Part shown: piece by piece, positions 24,951-37,709 of the stretch
Position numbering within the stretch: position 1 is the first letter of the stretch
How the letters are laid out: every line of letters starts with the position of its first letter
NCBI GenBank assembly: GCA_965655095.1
Contig: OZ296649.1
Location: forward strand, 97,216,001 to 97,280,000
Source of the DNA: Haplodiscus bocki
Taxonomy: Eukaryota
Direction: 5' to 3'
DNA: 64,000 nucleotides
Translations under genes and position numbers: made by a program
The notes under the pieces: generated by a model
What the model saw: only the letters and a program-made list of their open reading frames with translations
Told to the model about the DNA's origin: nothing
Databases searched by the model: none

Positions 24951-26317
24951 CAAATCGAAAATAAACAAAGTTTGTGCATGTCATCATTCTTTTTCTTCTC
25001 GTTCTCCTCTTCGTCTTTCATTAGAGGTTGAATAATCCTCGAAAATTTCATCTTTATTTTAAGACCTACCAAGAAGACTGACATCATAAATTAATTGTTT
25101 GATTCTTTGATAGATTTATATTAAAAAAATTTGTATTCTTTTTGCAAAATTTGTGAAGACAACGCAAACGCTTTCAAAGATGCTGCAACAGTTTCAGTTA
25201 ACGAGTTTTTGGCTTCTCTCAATTCTTTAACTTCATAAAAATTAATTTTTTTTTCAAAATCGCAAAATGTTTCAAAAAAAAGTTTTATACTAACTGGAGT
25301 AGTTTTTTATTGTTTTAGGTAAATGTTTTTCTGTGAGAAAAATGAACATGTAGTAATTTATTAACTTTATCAATGTTTTCATCTTGTAGTTAATGTTTTC
25401 CTGATACATTTTTGTAAAAATTCTTTTCTAGCAAGTTTGTCATAGCCTATATAACTAATTTAAAAATGGTGTTTTTAGGAAAAAAGAGAAGTAACTAGAT
25501 AATATTGATGATGGCTTACTCCGAAAAAAACAAAAAAACCTATAAATTTATTTATTACCAATATTGTTGTTTCAGTTCTCAAAATTTTTGTGTTTTATGG
25601 GAGTTTCCCTTAGTCTTTTTATAACTCCATCTGTTCTATCCCAACTTCTAAGTATATTTACTTTTTCTATCTGTTTCATAATTTCTTCATCTGAATATCC
25701 TATTTTATTAGGTTAAAAGTTAATGAAATTGTCCCTAAGTTCAATTTCTTTGTCCATTTTTTCAGTAGCTTCTCCCAATAACACTTTTGCTACTTCGAAA
25801 ATGGCATCTGGGACTAAAACACTATGGCGTGTTTGAGATCGAGTTTTAATAGGTTCATTTGACTTTTCGTCAACAATTAGTTCTTTAACTTCTTTTCTCT
25901 TTCGATAATTTTTAATTTTTGGTTAAATTCCCTCTTTTACTTTACGAAAAGCTTTTTCAGTTAATATTTGAACAGAAACAATCTCACTATTTCAATATTA
26001 TTATCATCAATTTAGTCGCATTTGCCAGCTACTAGAGAATGTTCTAAGAGTTCTTTCTCCTTTAATATCCATTTTATAGGTTGTTCAATTTTATGGCATT
26101 TCTGTATCTTTTAATTGTAATTCTTGAAAGTCTCATTTGTTTTGCTATCTAAAGTTGAGTTATTTTCTCATCAATAATTTCTGTATTCATAAATTTTAAA
26201 AACATACTTTGTTTATATGGTCGCATTATTGATTTTGAGTCTATGTGCTGTAATTTGAAAGCTGAATCAATGATAAAAGCAGCCGAAATTTCTTTTGTAA
26301 AAAATGATTTACTTCAC

Positions 26318-28048
26318 AGTCCCAGCACACCTCCGAGGCATGCGAGCAATCCTTACCAGACAAAAAGACACCCTGATGCTCAGGAGAAACTCAAACATTA
26401 TATATTTTTAAATAGACTCTTACTATAATTATGTCATGTATTTTTAACTGTTGTGCATATATACGGATACGTATAAAATACGTTTCCGTACCAATGCACA
26501 TACATATGGGTACGTATTTATACGGAACCAAACTGAGCCGGACTTGTACCGAACCGCTACGGAACAAACAAGTATTCATAGAGTAATATTAACCTAAAAG
26601 GTGCTATTTCTAATTTAATTAAACAATTTAATCATTAAATATAAAGCCACCTTCTCCAATGAAATCGGACGGTTTGATTGATTGCAAGAAGTGCAGTTTT
26701 ATTAGAAAGTGCGATTGGATCTATGCTATAAGCACAACAACTGATTTCAAGTGTATTGATTCTCGGAGTGAACATTTGATCCGTACGTGTTCCGTCGCTA
26801 GTAGTCTGGTGACGTCACTAATACTATTCTTACTGTGCCGTGCTGTAGTGGGTACGGAATGATTCCGGAATCACTCCTCTTTTGAGCACAGACCATTACC
26901 ACTACTGGTGAATACGGAAATATCTGGAAACCAGTAGTTGCTACTCGTACGAATGCGGAGTAAACTACTGGTTCTACTAGTTTCTCCTCCTTTTCAAAGA
27001 GTAAAGACTTATGAACAGTTACTAATACTGATGAACTGAGTGGGAGGGTGTTGAATATTTATTTTATCCATATTATCCAAAAATTTAAAGTCATGCATTC
27101 TGTAATTTTTATTTTTATTTTTTTTTTCACTTTTTCAATTAGGGAAATGTTTTTGCCTTTTTCCATTTACCGAATATACCTTTTTAGTTTGTGAACAAAA
27201 CGTCGGCGCGGGAATAGACTTTTTGATGTCTATCTCTGACGGATTGGGACCGTCTATTTTCTGTCGAAAGATGGAAAAGGCGCGTCTTATGAAGGCAGAG
27301 ATGGATCGAAAAGTTTTTTATTTCCCGCCAGAGTCGGCATTCTTACTTTTGATGTTATACTTTTCGACAGTACTTTTTCCTATTTGTACCTTGACTTGGC
27401 GTGTACACAATTATGTTTCCCGCGCCAGCAGAAGGTGTAAATTGGAGAAATGAAAAAAAAATTAAAAACTTTTCAGAACTTGAGGAACATTTATCATTAC
27501 TTTTTGTAGTACTGACGGTATTTAACCAGTATTTATTAATTTGTATGTCCACTACTGGAAACTGTAACCACCATTCTGATTTTCCTTCACGAAAAAACAA
27601 TAATTTACTTATCACTGAAAACACTTTTCCCGTAGAAATGGCAACTCTAAGCAAAAGGAAACTAGCAGCCTTAAACAGAAAAAACTGTGAGGAACACCCT
27701 AGGAACAAGTTGGGAAAAAACTCGAATGTTCCCAGATAACAAGAGTACTACATAACTCAAGTCCCTGAGCAAATTGAGGGAAGAGTCACTAAAAAGTTGT
27801 CGCAACAAATTAGCAGAACGGAAAACCGCATAATAGGTGCATTAGCAAGGCTTGATGATTTCCTCACGAACCCGCAAATTCAGGGCCACTCCGGAACCGC
27901 TCCGGAACCGCTCCGGAGACGTCTCGGAACATTTTTAATATAAACCAGGGAGCGAATGAGGATGACTCCCAGAGTAACCCTCATCCTTAAGCGGGCATCT
28001 TCAACAACCAGATGGCACAAAACACTGGCCCAGAAGATGACCACCACA
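26318..28048 (+). repeat. 5' LTR of element B
   Basis: Colinear with 39718-41375 (AGTCCCAGCAC... vs TGTCGCAGCAC...); ends ...CCACA before TGGTG. Confidence 0.9.
26810..26817. promoter_or_regulatory. CRE/ATF palindrome TGACGTCA in LTR (also 40210-40217)
   Basis: GTGACGTCAC is conserved in both LTRs, and a variant GTGATGTCAG lies at the equivalent position in the solo LTR (~1802). Function untested. Confidence 0.35.
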
Positions 28049-29183
28049 TGGTGGAAGGATTTCCGAGAGAAAGAATCTCTGCGGCCACGACATTGTAACA
28101 GGAGCTGCAGAACAGATTCCCAATCGCCACGACATGACCGGAGTTCACGAAGGAGTCACTTACTGCTCCCCTAGTACATCTTCAGGAAAGCAGAATAAGA
28201 ACAGCTCTACAAGTCAACCACAATTCCGCAGTGAAATCCTTCCTGCGACGATTGAAGCAGACCAAATTTTGTTGGCCCTTCAGCAGTTGGCAAACAATAA
28301 CAATTCTGCAAACTTCCATAACAATGTTAAGATAATTTCCAAATTGCCAAAGTCACTTACGACAACGACACACATGATCGAGGGGAAATCTGAAAAGTTC
28401 GAGTTGCTTCAAGATCTTTTCCAAACGAGCCTCAAAATCTATAATCAGCTGACTGAAGAGGACAGAATCAGCTACTTCCAATGTATTTTGAGGGGAGACG
28501 CATTATAAACATTCAAAAACATTGATGGCCCTAACCGAGAGAATCTGGGAGAATCTCTGGCAGTTTTTCGGAGGAAGTATAGAGAACCCCATCAATGGCG
28601 ACAGCAAAACACAATTTACAGAAATTTGTTTGCAGCCCAGCAAATCACAAGTTAGTAGAGTTTCTTGATGAACTCCAAAAACTGGCTAAAGACGCATTCG
28701 GAATTGCTGCCCACGCCATCGTTGAACAATTCATATATGCCAAAATGCCACTACACCAGAAGAAATCAATAAATCAAACCCACTTGGAGAACGGCACATA
28801 TGAACACAGATAAAAACTGTCAGTCACAATACTGCAAACACAAATGCTGATAGACCCGAATCAACGTGCCACCACTGTGAAAAAACCAGGACACTACAGA
28901 AATCATTGTAGATTGTTGAACAAACAGCGAGAACAACATGAAAATAATCAAAAGAAACCCGGAAACAAAAACGGTGACGTCAACAATAATAACAACCACA
29001 ACGAAAAAAGTAACAGAGCCGAAGGAAAACCGAAAAACCGAAAACTGTTTATCCACCAAGTGAAACTTGTGGGAAGACAAACCACTCCACAGAAAACCGG
29101 AAAGACAGAATCAGGTCCAAGAAAGAGCCAATCAAAATGACTCGAATGAAACTACTCAGGCTGCAGCCCAAAATTTACACTGA
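27638..29183 (+). pseudogene. gag: gag of element B, initiating inside the 5' LTR
   Basis: ATG 27638 MATLSKRKLAALNR..., continuing past the PBS into EGKSEKFELLQDLFQTSLKIYNQLTEEDRISYF. Frameshifted zinc knuckle CHHCEK/PGHYRNHC at ~28865-28908. Confidence 0.8.
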
Positions 29184-32100
29184 AAATACCACGTCTTTTT
29201 TCCGGAGCTGCGATTGACAGACCAGAGACAATTAATTCAAAACCTCCACCAATCACTGAAGTTGTCTGGCAGCAACCCCAGAAGACTGATTTGATTGATA
29301 CACATAAAAACTCAACTATTAATATTAAACACAAAAATGATGTAGAAGCACAAAGCTGGCCATTAAATTAAACCTCATTTCAAGTATCCGGATCCGATAC
29401 GGAGTTGTTCCTGGAAAACCAAACTAGGAGCAAAACAGTAAAATGCCCCAATGATTCCAAGAAACAACAACACGGAACACGGAATTCAACGAAATGCAAC
29501 TGACTTGACAACCCATGACAGTGGAGATGATAATATTTCCTCTCCCAAAATAACAACTTCAAAAATCCAGGAACGACTTGTGGGGAATGATATTGCCAAT
29601 GATTTCTACATGCCACTATCCTCCACCATTGTCCTAAAACGAAAGAAAGAAATGTTGTATGTCCCTTTGGATTTCCAGAATGGCTTGACAAAAGATGCCC
29701 TTTGTGACTCGGGAGCCTATGTTAGTGCAAAAACTCAGAACAAATTGGACAGAATTAAACAACAAGCTCAACCTAAAACCCTAAAAATCGATGAACCAAC
29801 TAATTCTCAAATTCAAGTAGCAAACGGTCAGTTAGAAAAACCAATAGCAAGAGCCACAACTTAATTTGACATTGGAGATCACATTTTTACAGGACTTTTT
29901 GTCGTGATGGAGAAACTGACAGGATCAATTACAGGGTTGCACTTTATGAAACATAACAGTGTGGTCATCGATACCATGCACGGTCTCATCCATTTTCCAC
30001 ATTCGAAAATGCGAGTCAAAAGTGCATTGAGTCAAACAAGTGCCATACCCCAAGTTGTTCTCATCCGTGACAAAATAACGATACCACAAATGACAACAAA
30101 AACAATCACAGCATTTGTTGACCACTTATCGGAATTGAATACATCAGTGACCTTGACTCCAGTGGAAAAATTCACAGAAGCCGCGAGTTTGATAATATCC
30201 CATTCAATGTCAACAATATTTGACAGCAAAATAGCAGTCAGAGTAACCAACACAACGGAATCACCTTATACAGTCAACAAAAACACACAAATTTCCGAAT
30301 TCTCCGTAGTCACTCTGGAGCAATCCAAGTTTATTAAACCAGTGGCAACGGCAATTCTTAGTATGATTCCTGAAGGCGACCCAGACCTGATTAATTACTT
30401 GACTGAGCTACTAAAAACGAAAAAACCAGACCAACAGAACAAAACTTTCTGGTTTACGACACCCGGAAATCCTGGCAACATACAGAATCATACACCAATT
30501 CATACACAAATCCTGAAAGAACTTCATGAATTGCAACTGAAAGAAAAACTGAACCCAAAAAATGACATCCAGTCACGGACGGATGTTTAAAAGCGATTCG
30601 ATTGGACAGAAACACTGCTCATAGAAACTAAAGACAAGCATTTGAAGATATTCCAGTCGAATATCATGACATATTTGCTAGACATAGAATGGATATCGGG
30701 ATGAACACAGAATTCAAGGTGAAACTCACACCAAAGGATGATAAAGCTGTCTGCACCTGAAAGAGGACTTTATTGATGAGCTCTTCCTTACGCAAAAATA
30801 TGGGATCATAACAGTTTTACCGTTCTCAAAATACGCATGTCCCATTTTTGCATAGAGGAAACCCAACGCAAAAACACGTCTCCTTGTGGATCTTAGGAAA
30901 ATGAACACACTGATAGTGGATGAATACACTAACAAAATTCACCCAGTCAGCATTTTGACAGATGCAGCACAACACCTGGCAGGGAAGTCACTATTCTGCA
31001 AGCTCGACTGCTCCCAAGCTTACCACTGCTTGCAGATGGCAGAGCAACGTTCGATGGGAATGCTTGCATTCAATTTTGCTAGCAGAAAGTTTGCTTAAAA
31101 AAGAATTGCACAAGGTCTCAGCAGACCTGTGTCTGGTTTTTCTAGCTTCATTCGCGAGTACTTGGACACAGTTGTCAAGGCTGAACAATTCGCTCAATAC
31201 GGGGACGACATTGGAATCGCAGCAAAAAATGCTAAGTACCTTACCCGGAGCATACGGGCAGTCTTCAAGTGTATTCGCCAGGCAGGATTGAAATTGACAA
31301 TTGAAAAGTGCCGCTTTGGAGTCAGACAAGTTGAATTCCTAGGCAGAACCATTTCATCCGGAGGAGTATCACCACAACCTAACAAAAATCAAAATTTTCT
31401 CAGCAAATTGAGATTCCCCAAATCCAGAAAGGCTTTGCAGCGCTATCTGGGCTCTGTAATTTATTACAGAAATTATCTTCCCAGAATGACTGAAAAGCTC
31501 ATTCCATTTTCCAAACTTTTGAAACTAGAAGTCCCAATCAACATCACCTCAGAATTGAAAGAAACCTTTGATTGAGTAAACAAGGCATTGACTGATGCTT
31601 GCGATTTACCATTGAAACAATTTATTCCTGGAAAAAAGCTAGTCTTAATGACTGATGCAAGCTTCAGACGTGCAGGCAATGTCGTCATGATTGAAGATAA
31701 CCCGGACCAAAAGATCCAATCAAAAAGGAAAACTTACGCACGTGTCGCGTTTGGATCAAATGTCTTTTACACCGCACAGCTCAATATGTCAATTTACTCA
31801 AAAAAAATTTTGGCAATCTACTTGGCATTTCTTGAGTTTGCACACATTCTGTGGGAAGCATCAAAACCGACAATTGTCTTAGTGGACAAGAAATCAGTCA
31901 CCCGGTTGTTCCAGACAAAAGCCATACCACCATCTTTGTGGAACGCATGTAATTATTTGCTGCAATTTAACTTTGAAATAGCACATATCGCTGGTTCAGT
32001 TAACACAGCAGCGGACTTTTTCTCCAGGCTAAAACTCAAAGCCACGGCGAAAATCCATCTCAAACTCCGGGAGGATGTACAAACAACACCCATAGAAATG

Positions 32101-33999
32101 ACAACATCTTCCTCAGATGTTGCAGATGAAGAAAATTTCTTCTTCACGCAAGAAGATGGACAAGTTAAATCAGAAGAACAGATCCACCAATGAAAAGAGC
32201 AATCTCAGAAAAAAGCAACAGAATGGGTAGTAAGTCAGGAACCATGATCAATGAAGCTAAGTATCAAAGAAGTCACAAAAAGCAACGGACACACTACGTC
32301 GTATTCCATCAATGGAATCAAAGCAAACGCATGAGTACGAGAAGAGCAAGATGCTGATCCAGTACTGAACAATCTAAAACTCAAAATATTTGGCCAACTA
32401 CACGATGATGTTCTATTGACAACGAACAACTGTTTCAGCACTACAAAGCAAACGAGGATCGCATTATCCTCAAAGATGGACTCCTATTCCGGAAATACTG
32501 CGGAAAGACTGGTACCGTCAAATAATACCAAATTCTCATACCGAAGCAGCTAGTTAATGAAGTACTCTAGAGTCTCCACGGAGATTTTGGAAAACATCCT
32601 GGAATTACCAAAACAGTAATTGCATACAGGGAAGTATTCTTAACCAAAAATGGCTGAACTAATCAGGGAGTGGATTATGTCATGTGAGCAACGCTTTAGA
32701 GAATCAGGGAATAATCCTCGACTCATTGGCCTTCCCCTGCAAAACCCTAAAAAGTATATTACTGTGGCAGAAGACGCCATGCAAAATGAATTGATACCGG
32801 GATTACCTCCGTCCGGTAGCTTTGAAAACATTATGACAGCCATGTACGTGTTTTCCCGCCATTTATTTGCATAGCCGACATCAAATCAGGACGCCAAAAC
32901 AATCGCTAATGTGATAAATAACATCATGACTAAGCACGCCTACTTGTCAACAACACTTATCTCAGATAAAGGTACAGCCTTCATGTCTCATCTAAATAAA
33001 GAGGTGGCGGGCGTCCTTGGCATTAGTCTGAAGCACGCCACAACAAAGCACGCTCAAACAATTGGGCTACCTGAGTGATCTCACGCGTCAATCAAACAGA
33101 CATTGGAGATAGAGACAGGCCATCGGAGATCATTGTGGCATAAATACGTCAGCATTGCGGTCCTTAATCACAACACATCTTATCACATGATTATTGGCTG
33201 TGAACCAAGTAGAGTGTTCCATGGACGCATTCCTTACAATGTCCCTGGTTTGAAAATGGGTATTTTTCCACAAAAAATTCCCTCTCCAGACTCACAGATT
33301 GCCCAAGATGTGCTTGAACAGAGGGAAATGATTTTCCAGGGCGTCCGCAGAAATGCCATGCAAGCCTATATCAAATGCAAAGATTACTATGATAAAAAAA
33401 AGTTGATTACGTATACATTTTACAGCCGAAAGCAGAACACCAAGGAAGCAAAATTCCTCTTACAGAATTTCGGTGGACTAGACCTTATATTATTGAAAAG
33501 TTGTTACCGAACAATAATTATTTGGTACGCAAAATTGGCACCAATAAGACGCAAATACTTCATCGAATGAGGCTACGCCAACTCACACCCCGCCAGCCCA
33601 TCCCAGACTTACCAATCACACCACGCGAATGGCAACCAGACTCGGAAGTTATCATTAAACATGATGATTTATACGCCAGAGCATGGGAGTGCGATTATGA
33701 CAAGACAAAATTTGATAGCAATTACAATAATCTGGTAGCGCCTAATTCACCCGAAATCAGAATACGATCTCATGAAGCAGCTGATTAAATGCATTCCGGG
33801 AACCATACGAGAGAATTCCACAGAAATTGTCACTCAGACAGACAGATCGTATGACGGAACGGATACGGATCACTATATGCAGCTTGATGCGGATACTAGT
33901 TTAAAGCAACCTGACCATACGCCTACCAACCCCCGCAGCTCAAAATACGATCTACGTCATAATACAAAGCCAAACTCTAATGACGATTACAGAAATTGA
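29184..33999 (+). pseudogene. pol: pol of element B (PR-RT-RH-IN)
   Basis: ALCDSGA (protease, ~29700). KLDCSQAYH and QYGDDIG (RT). MTDAS and AHIAGSVNTAADFFSR (RH). HGDFGKHPGI...C (IN zinc motif), ISDKGTAF (IN core). Multiple stops and frameshifts. Confidence 0.92.
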
Positions 34000-34559
34000 C
34001 TCTGTCCCACAACCGTCTACGGAACGCACACGCACACTTTCTCGAAATCCTAGGAACGTGTTATGGAACTGATATGCGGAAAGCCTACTTATTCTTCCAA
34101 GCGCCTAACCGCCTTTCAGAAACAACTATTGAACACTGCAGATCGATCGAGCAATAGAAAGTTTTGGCCTTTGCAGATACTGGGAATCAGATCCTCATCA
34201 CATCGCCGTAATATATCCCCAGATGATATACGGATCGTTTCAGGAACCATTCCGGAAAATCTACCCAAATTTGACTCCGGATACAATACGGAATACAAAC
34301 AAATATTCCTAGTATTCTGAGGAAAATTCCTGTACAGCGACATGTTTCCTACTCATTCCACCCATGTACAAAAGATGGATACTCTAACTGAATTCAAACT
34401 ATTACTAAATTTCAAATGCGAGAAGTCTATACATACATACAATTAAATTGTTAATGATATCCCCCTTGGAAAACCGGGGCATTATGGAGATCACGACCTC
34501 TTTTTCTCGCACAAGACTTCGCAAAACTCTTCTCAAGAGCAGACTCAAATGAAGGACGG

Positions 34560-37439
34560 CTACCAGACAGACTTTCAACAGAAAACAGTTTTCCTTTCAA
34601 CACCAGGACTCACTGGCACTCGCCTCTTTCTGCTCTTCCTGGTACTTGACGCAGATCGCCTGCAACAAAGGAGACCAAGCTTTTCATGCTCCTCAACATA
34701 TTACACATCACCTACCTCAACGACATCAGAGATGCGAACAGTAGTGCCTGGTGCAGTCTCTGCAACAGCTGATGATGCTACAGTTTCTGCACCAAACCAA
34801 AGTTCCCGTGTATCTTTGACCGCCCTCTTTCGTGATACAATTTTCTCTCGGCATGACTTCAGATCTGCAATTACGGGGCCAGCTTCTACACCAATTGCTC
34901 CCCAAGGGTCAAACTTAGCACTGTTCCGAACAGCATCTGCGGCAGTGACAGCAGTGTTCAGCATGCTGATCCCAATCTCGGAAAAGAAAGTTCTCTCCGT
35001 GAACAGAAGATGACACACAAAATCCAGCCCATCCCACTAACACCTTCACTTTCTCATGACTGATTGCAACCCCGCTGAGAGCCACAGTAAGGATGGGATG
35101 CAACTCTGAAGGACTCTTCACCAGTAATGCTGCCTACTGGAAGATCTGAAAGCAGCACCTGTGTTAGGTCATGAGAATGTTGAGATGGATTCAAAGCACT
35201 ATAATACTAAATTTGTGCAAATTCCGCCGAAAACGGAAGCCAGGCTGGTTGCAGAATGCAAAGACGCTATTGATTGGCACAGGAGACATATTTCCACTCG
35301 CTTCCACATGTCGTTTCTCGCGGACGGAAGAATGGAACTCAGCCTTTGCAGGTTCCTTTTCTGACCCCCTAACCCAGCCAAGTTCAAGCAGCCTATCCCG
35401 AAGTTGCCCAAAGAGGTGGAAAAAAGAATAATCGCCGCTTCAAACGACAATCTCAGGACAAAAACAGCTCAGTCCTTGCCCAACTGCAGAACGCGCGGCA
35501 GCTGTAGAGAGGATGGTGCTCACGACATCCTCATGGAAGCGACGACAGTCCCTAAGGAACACTTTTCGGAGGAAGCTGCTGTTTATTTTTTCAAGGGACG
35601 ATAAAAGACGGGTCCCTTCCAAGTAACGCTCCTCTGCGATCGCGCCAAAGCATGAATGATTCGGGAGCATGTACGCCTCCCACTTCTCTATGACGGGTAA
35701 ATCGCTACTCCGCATCACTTTTTGTAGAAAACAATACACAAATTGGGAGAGCTCCCTGAATGCCAGGTAGCCATATTAGGCACGCCCAGAGTCGAATTCG
35801 GTGAAATTGTGTGCAACTAAAACAACACAAACAATGGCCAGAGAAAAACTAGGAAATGTGCCACAAGTTTCGAAAAGTTTCCTACTAATTTTCCGGAATC
35901 CATACGTACCAACGTGAATCAGATGAAGAAAGTGCAAGAAGCCGGACATACAGATCTCGAGAATCAGATGAAAGAGGCGAAGTTTGCTTCTTGCCATCTG
36001 ATGGATATAAAAGTAGCCATCGATTCCCTTCTTCTAAAAGAAAACAGCAAGGGGAAGGCGTGAAAAAAATTGCAAGTGAATTAAAAAAGAGAATGTATTG
36101 TACCACTAAGCTGTTGCCGTCGGTCTTTCTACCAGTCTCCCTGAGGTAGACCACAATGAGATGCCACACTCGCACCTTGTTGCTGACGACCTCAACCAGC
36201 GATGGCATCGACAGCTCTCCTGTGATGATGATATGACGAAGACTGGAGCGTGACATCATCCAGTCGCAATGCTCTGCCCCCTTCAAACGCGTGACAATAA
36301 ACTCCGTCATCGAGATGGGATCCAACGATCCGAAGACGGAAGAGGACACCTTTTGCAGGCATCTTTTCAGTAGACGCAGGTCAAACACTGGGTACTCTAC
36401 AGGCTTGTGACTCTACCCAATTCACAAATATTCACCGTAAGTGTCGGCCAACACATGCGACCCACCAGAAACTGCAACGAGGGACGCCGAACCATCCACA
36501 GCAGCCAGGACCGACCGAGCACTGACAACTCGTATGTGGCATCAATGGAGAAGCGGTCTGTGCGGCGACAGCAACCCGACGGAAAGTGTCCTTCTTTCAC
36601 GTTCGCATGAAGGCCCACAATGCCACACCACGCTCCACGAATTCAAAGCTGTAGAAATGCTGAGCCTTAGCCCAACCAACCACACAAGACGGAATTTGGG
36701 GTGCAATTCCAATTATGATGATTGACTGAAAGCGAAACAACAACGTGAATCAGGAATGAGATGAAGTGGTTCCGGGAATCTATGGAACTTACCAGAACTT
36801 CGTCACGTGTCCAGGCTACCTCAGTATTGACTGGCCCGGCGGTTGGCAAAAACTGCACCCACAGCTTCTCAATGAGTTCATGGCTGCCTCCCATCTTCAG
36901 CGCATCCACCAAGCAATACACTTTTGTCAGAACTGGCAATTGAGGGGCAGTGACACTAGCTTCATCGGTGATCAAGTCCTCTGCAAACAGATGTTCACGG
37001 TTACGTACTACAAGAGTACCCTCTCTGATTTTCTCCCTCTGACGCTCCAGCTCATTCTCACTTATTGGATTTCCTTGGAAATCCAAAACGCGCGACCGTT
37101 GTGTTTCCAGACGCAATCGCTGATGACGGGCAAAGTGACGACTGCCTTCGAAATGACGCAACATTTCATGATGTTCATGTGTGAGCACAGAGACATTCTT
37201 CCGGCACACCCAACAGCAAAAATGGCTTGGCATGTTGGCAGCGTTTGATGGTCCTGTCACAGAGAACATGCCAAGCTCTGTTGCCGCGTACACTTACTTT
37301 ATGCGGAAAGTTCTTTTATACAGATTTTTCCGACGCCCCTTGCTAGCGTCTGTCTCATCTCCGCTGGTGTCTGACGTCTCAACTCTCTATGGACTTTGGG
37401 ATGGCCGTTGCTTTAGCTTGTCCAGCACTTCATTCAGGT
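34560..37439 (-). pseudogene. Antisense multi-exon cargo gene of element B: BED-like zinc finger plus hAT-transposase-like body
   Basis: HFCCWVCRKNVSVLTHEHHEMLRHFEGSRH zinc finger. GT-AG introns at 36726-36792 (67 nt) and 36034-36103 (70 nt), both phase 0. Further acceptors at 37440 and 35146. C-terminal FLRDCRRFHEDVVSTIL...LSCFCPE and RRNLHK/IFQ*AALL. Confidence 0.65.
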
Positions 37440-37709
37440 CTGTCAACAGAAAAACGTATAATGGATACCATGCACGAAACTGTTGAAACCGATTGAGGCG
37501 AAAATACTAACTATTTCCTAAGGGAAACAGCAGTTGCATTTTCTCCTCCTCACAAACGGAGCGAGACAAGGACATTGTCTGATGATCAGTGGCACGAATT
37601 ACAGTAGCGGTAAGGATCGGTGACGAGTTGATATAAAAGGCAAGAAATGTGGTAAAATTTTGGAGTCAACATAGAACAACACTAGTAAATATTTGATTTG
37701 AACACAAAT

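Larger units (their letters stand above)
18390..26317 (-). mobile_element. Decayed Polinton/Maverick (adintovirus-like) endogenous DNA virus segment: morphogenesis module
   Basis: Very AT-rich block with co-oriented minus-strand remnants of capsid, A32-like ATPase, minor-capsid-like and adenain-like genes. No pPolB, integrase or TIR recognised in the window. Confidence 0.7.

Noticed and set aside
28041-28150. CRISPR-like repeat-spacer array
   Set aside because: Only three degenerate units, eukaryotic retroelement context, no cas genes; explained as LTR-end/PBS duplication.
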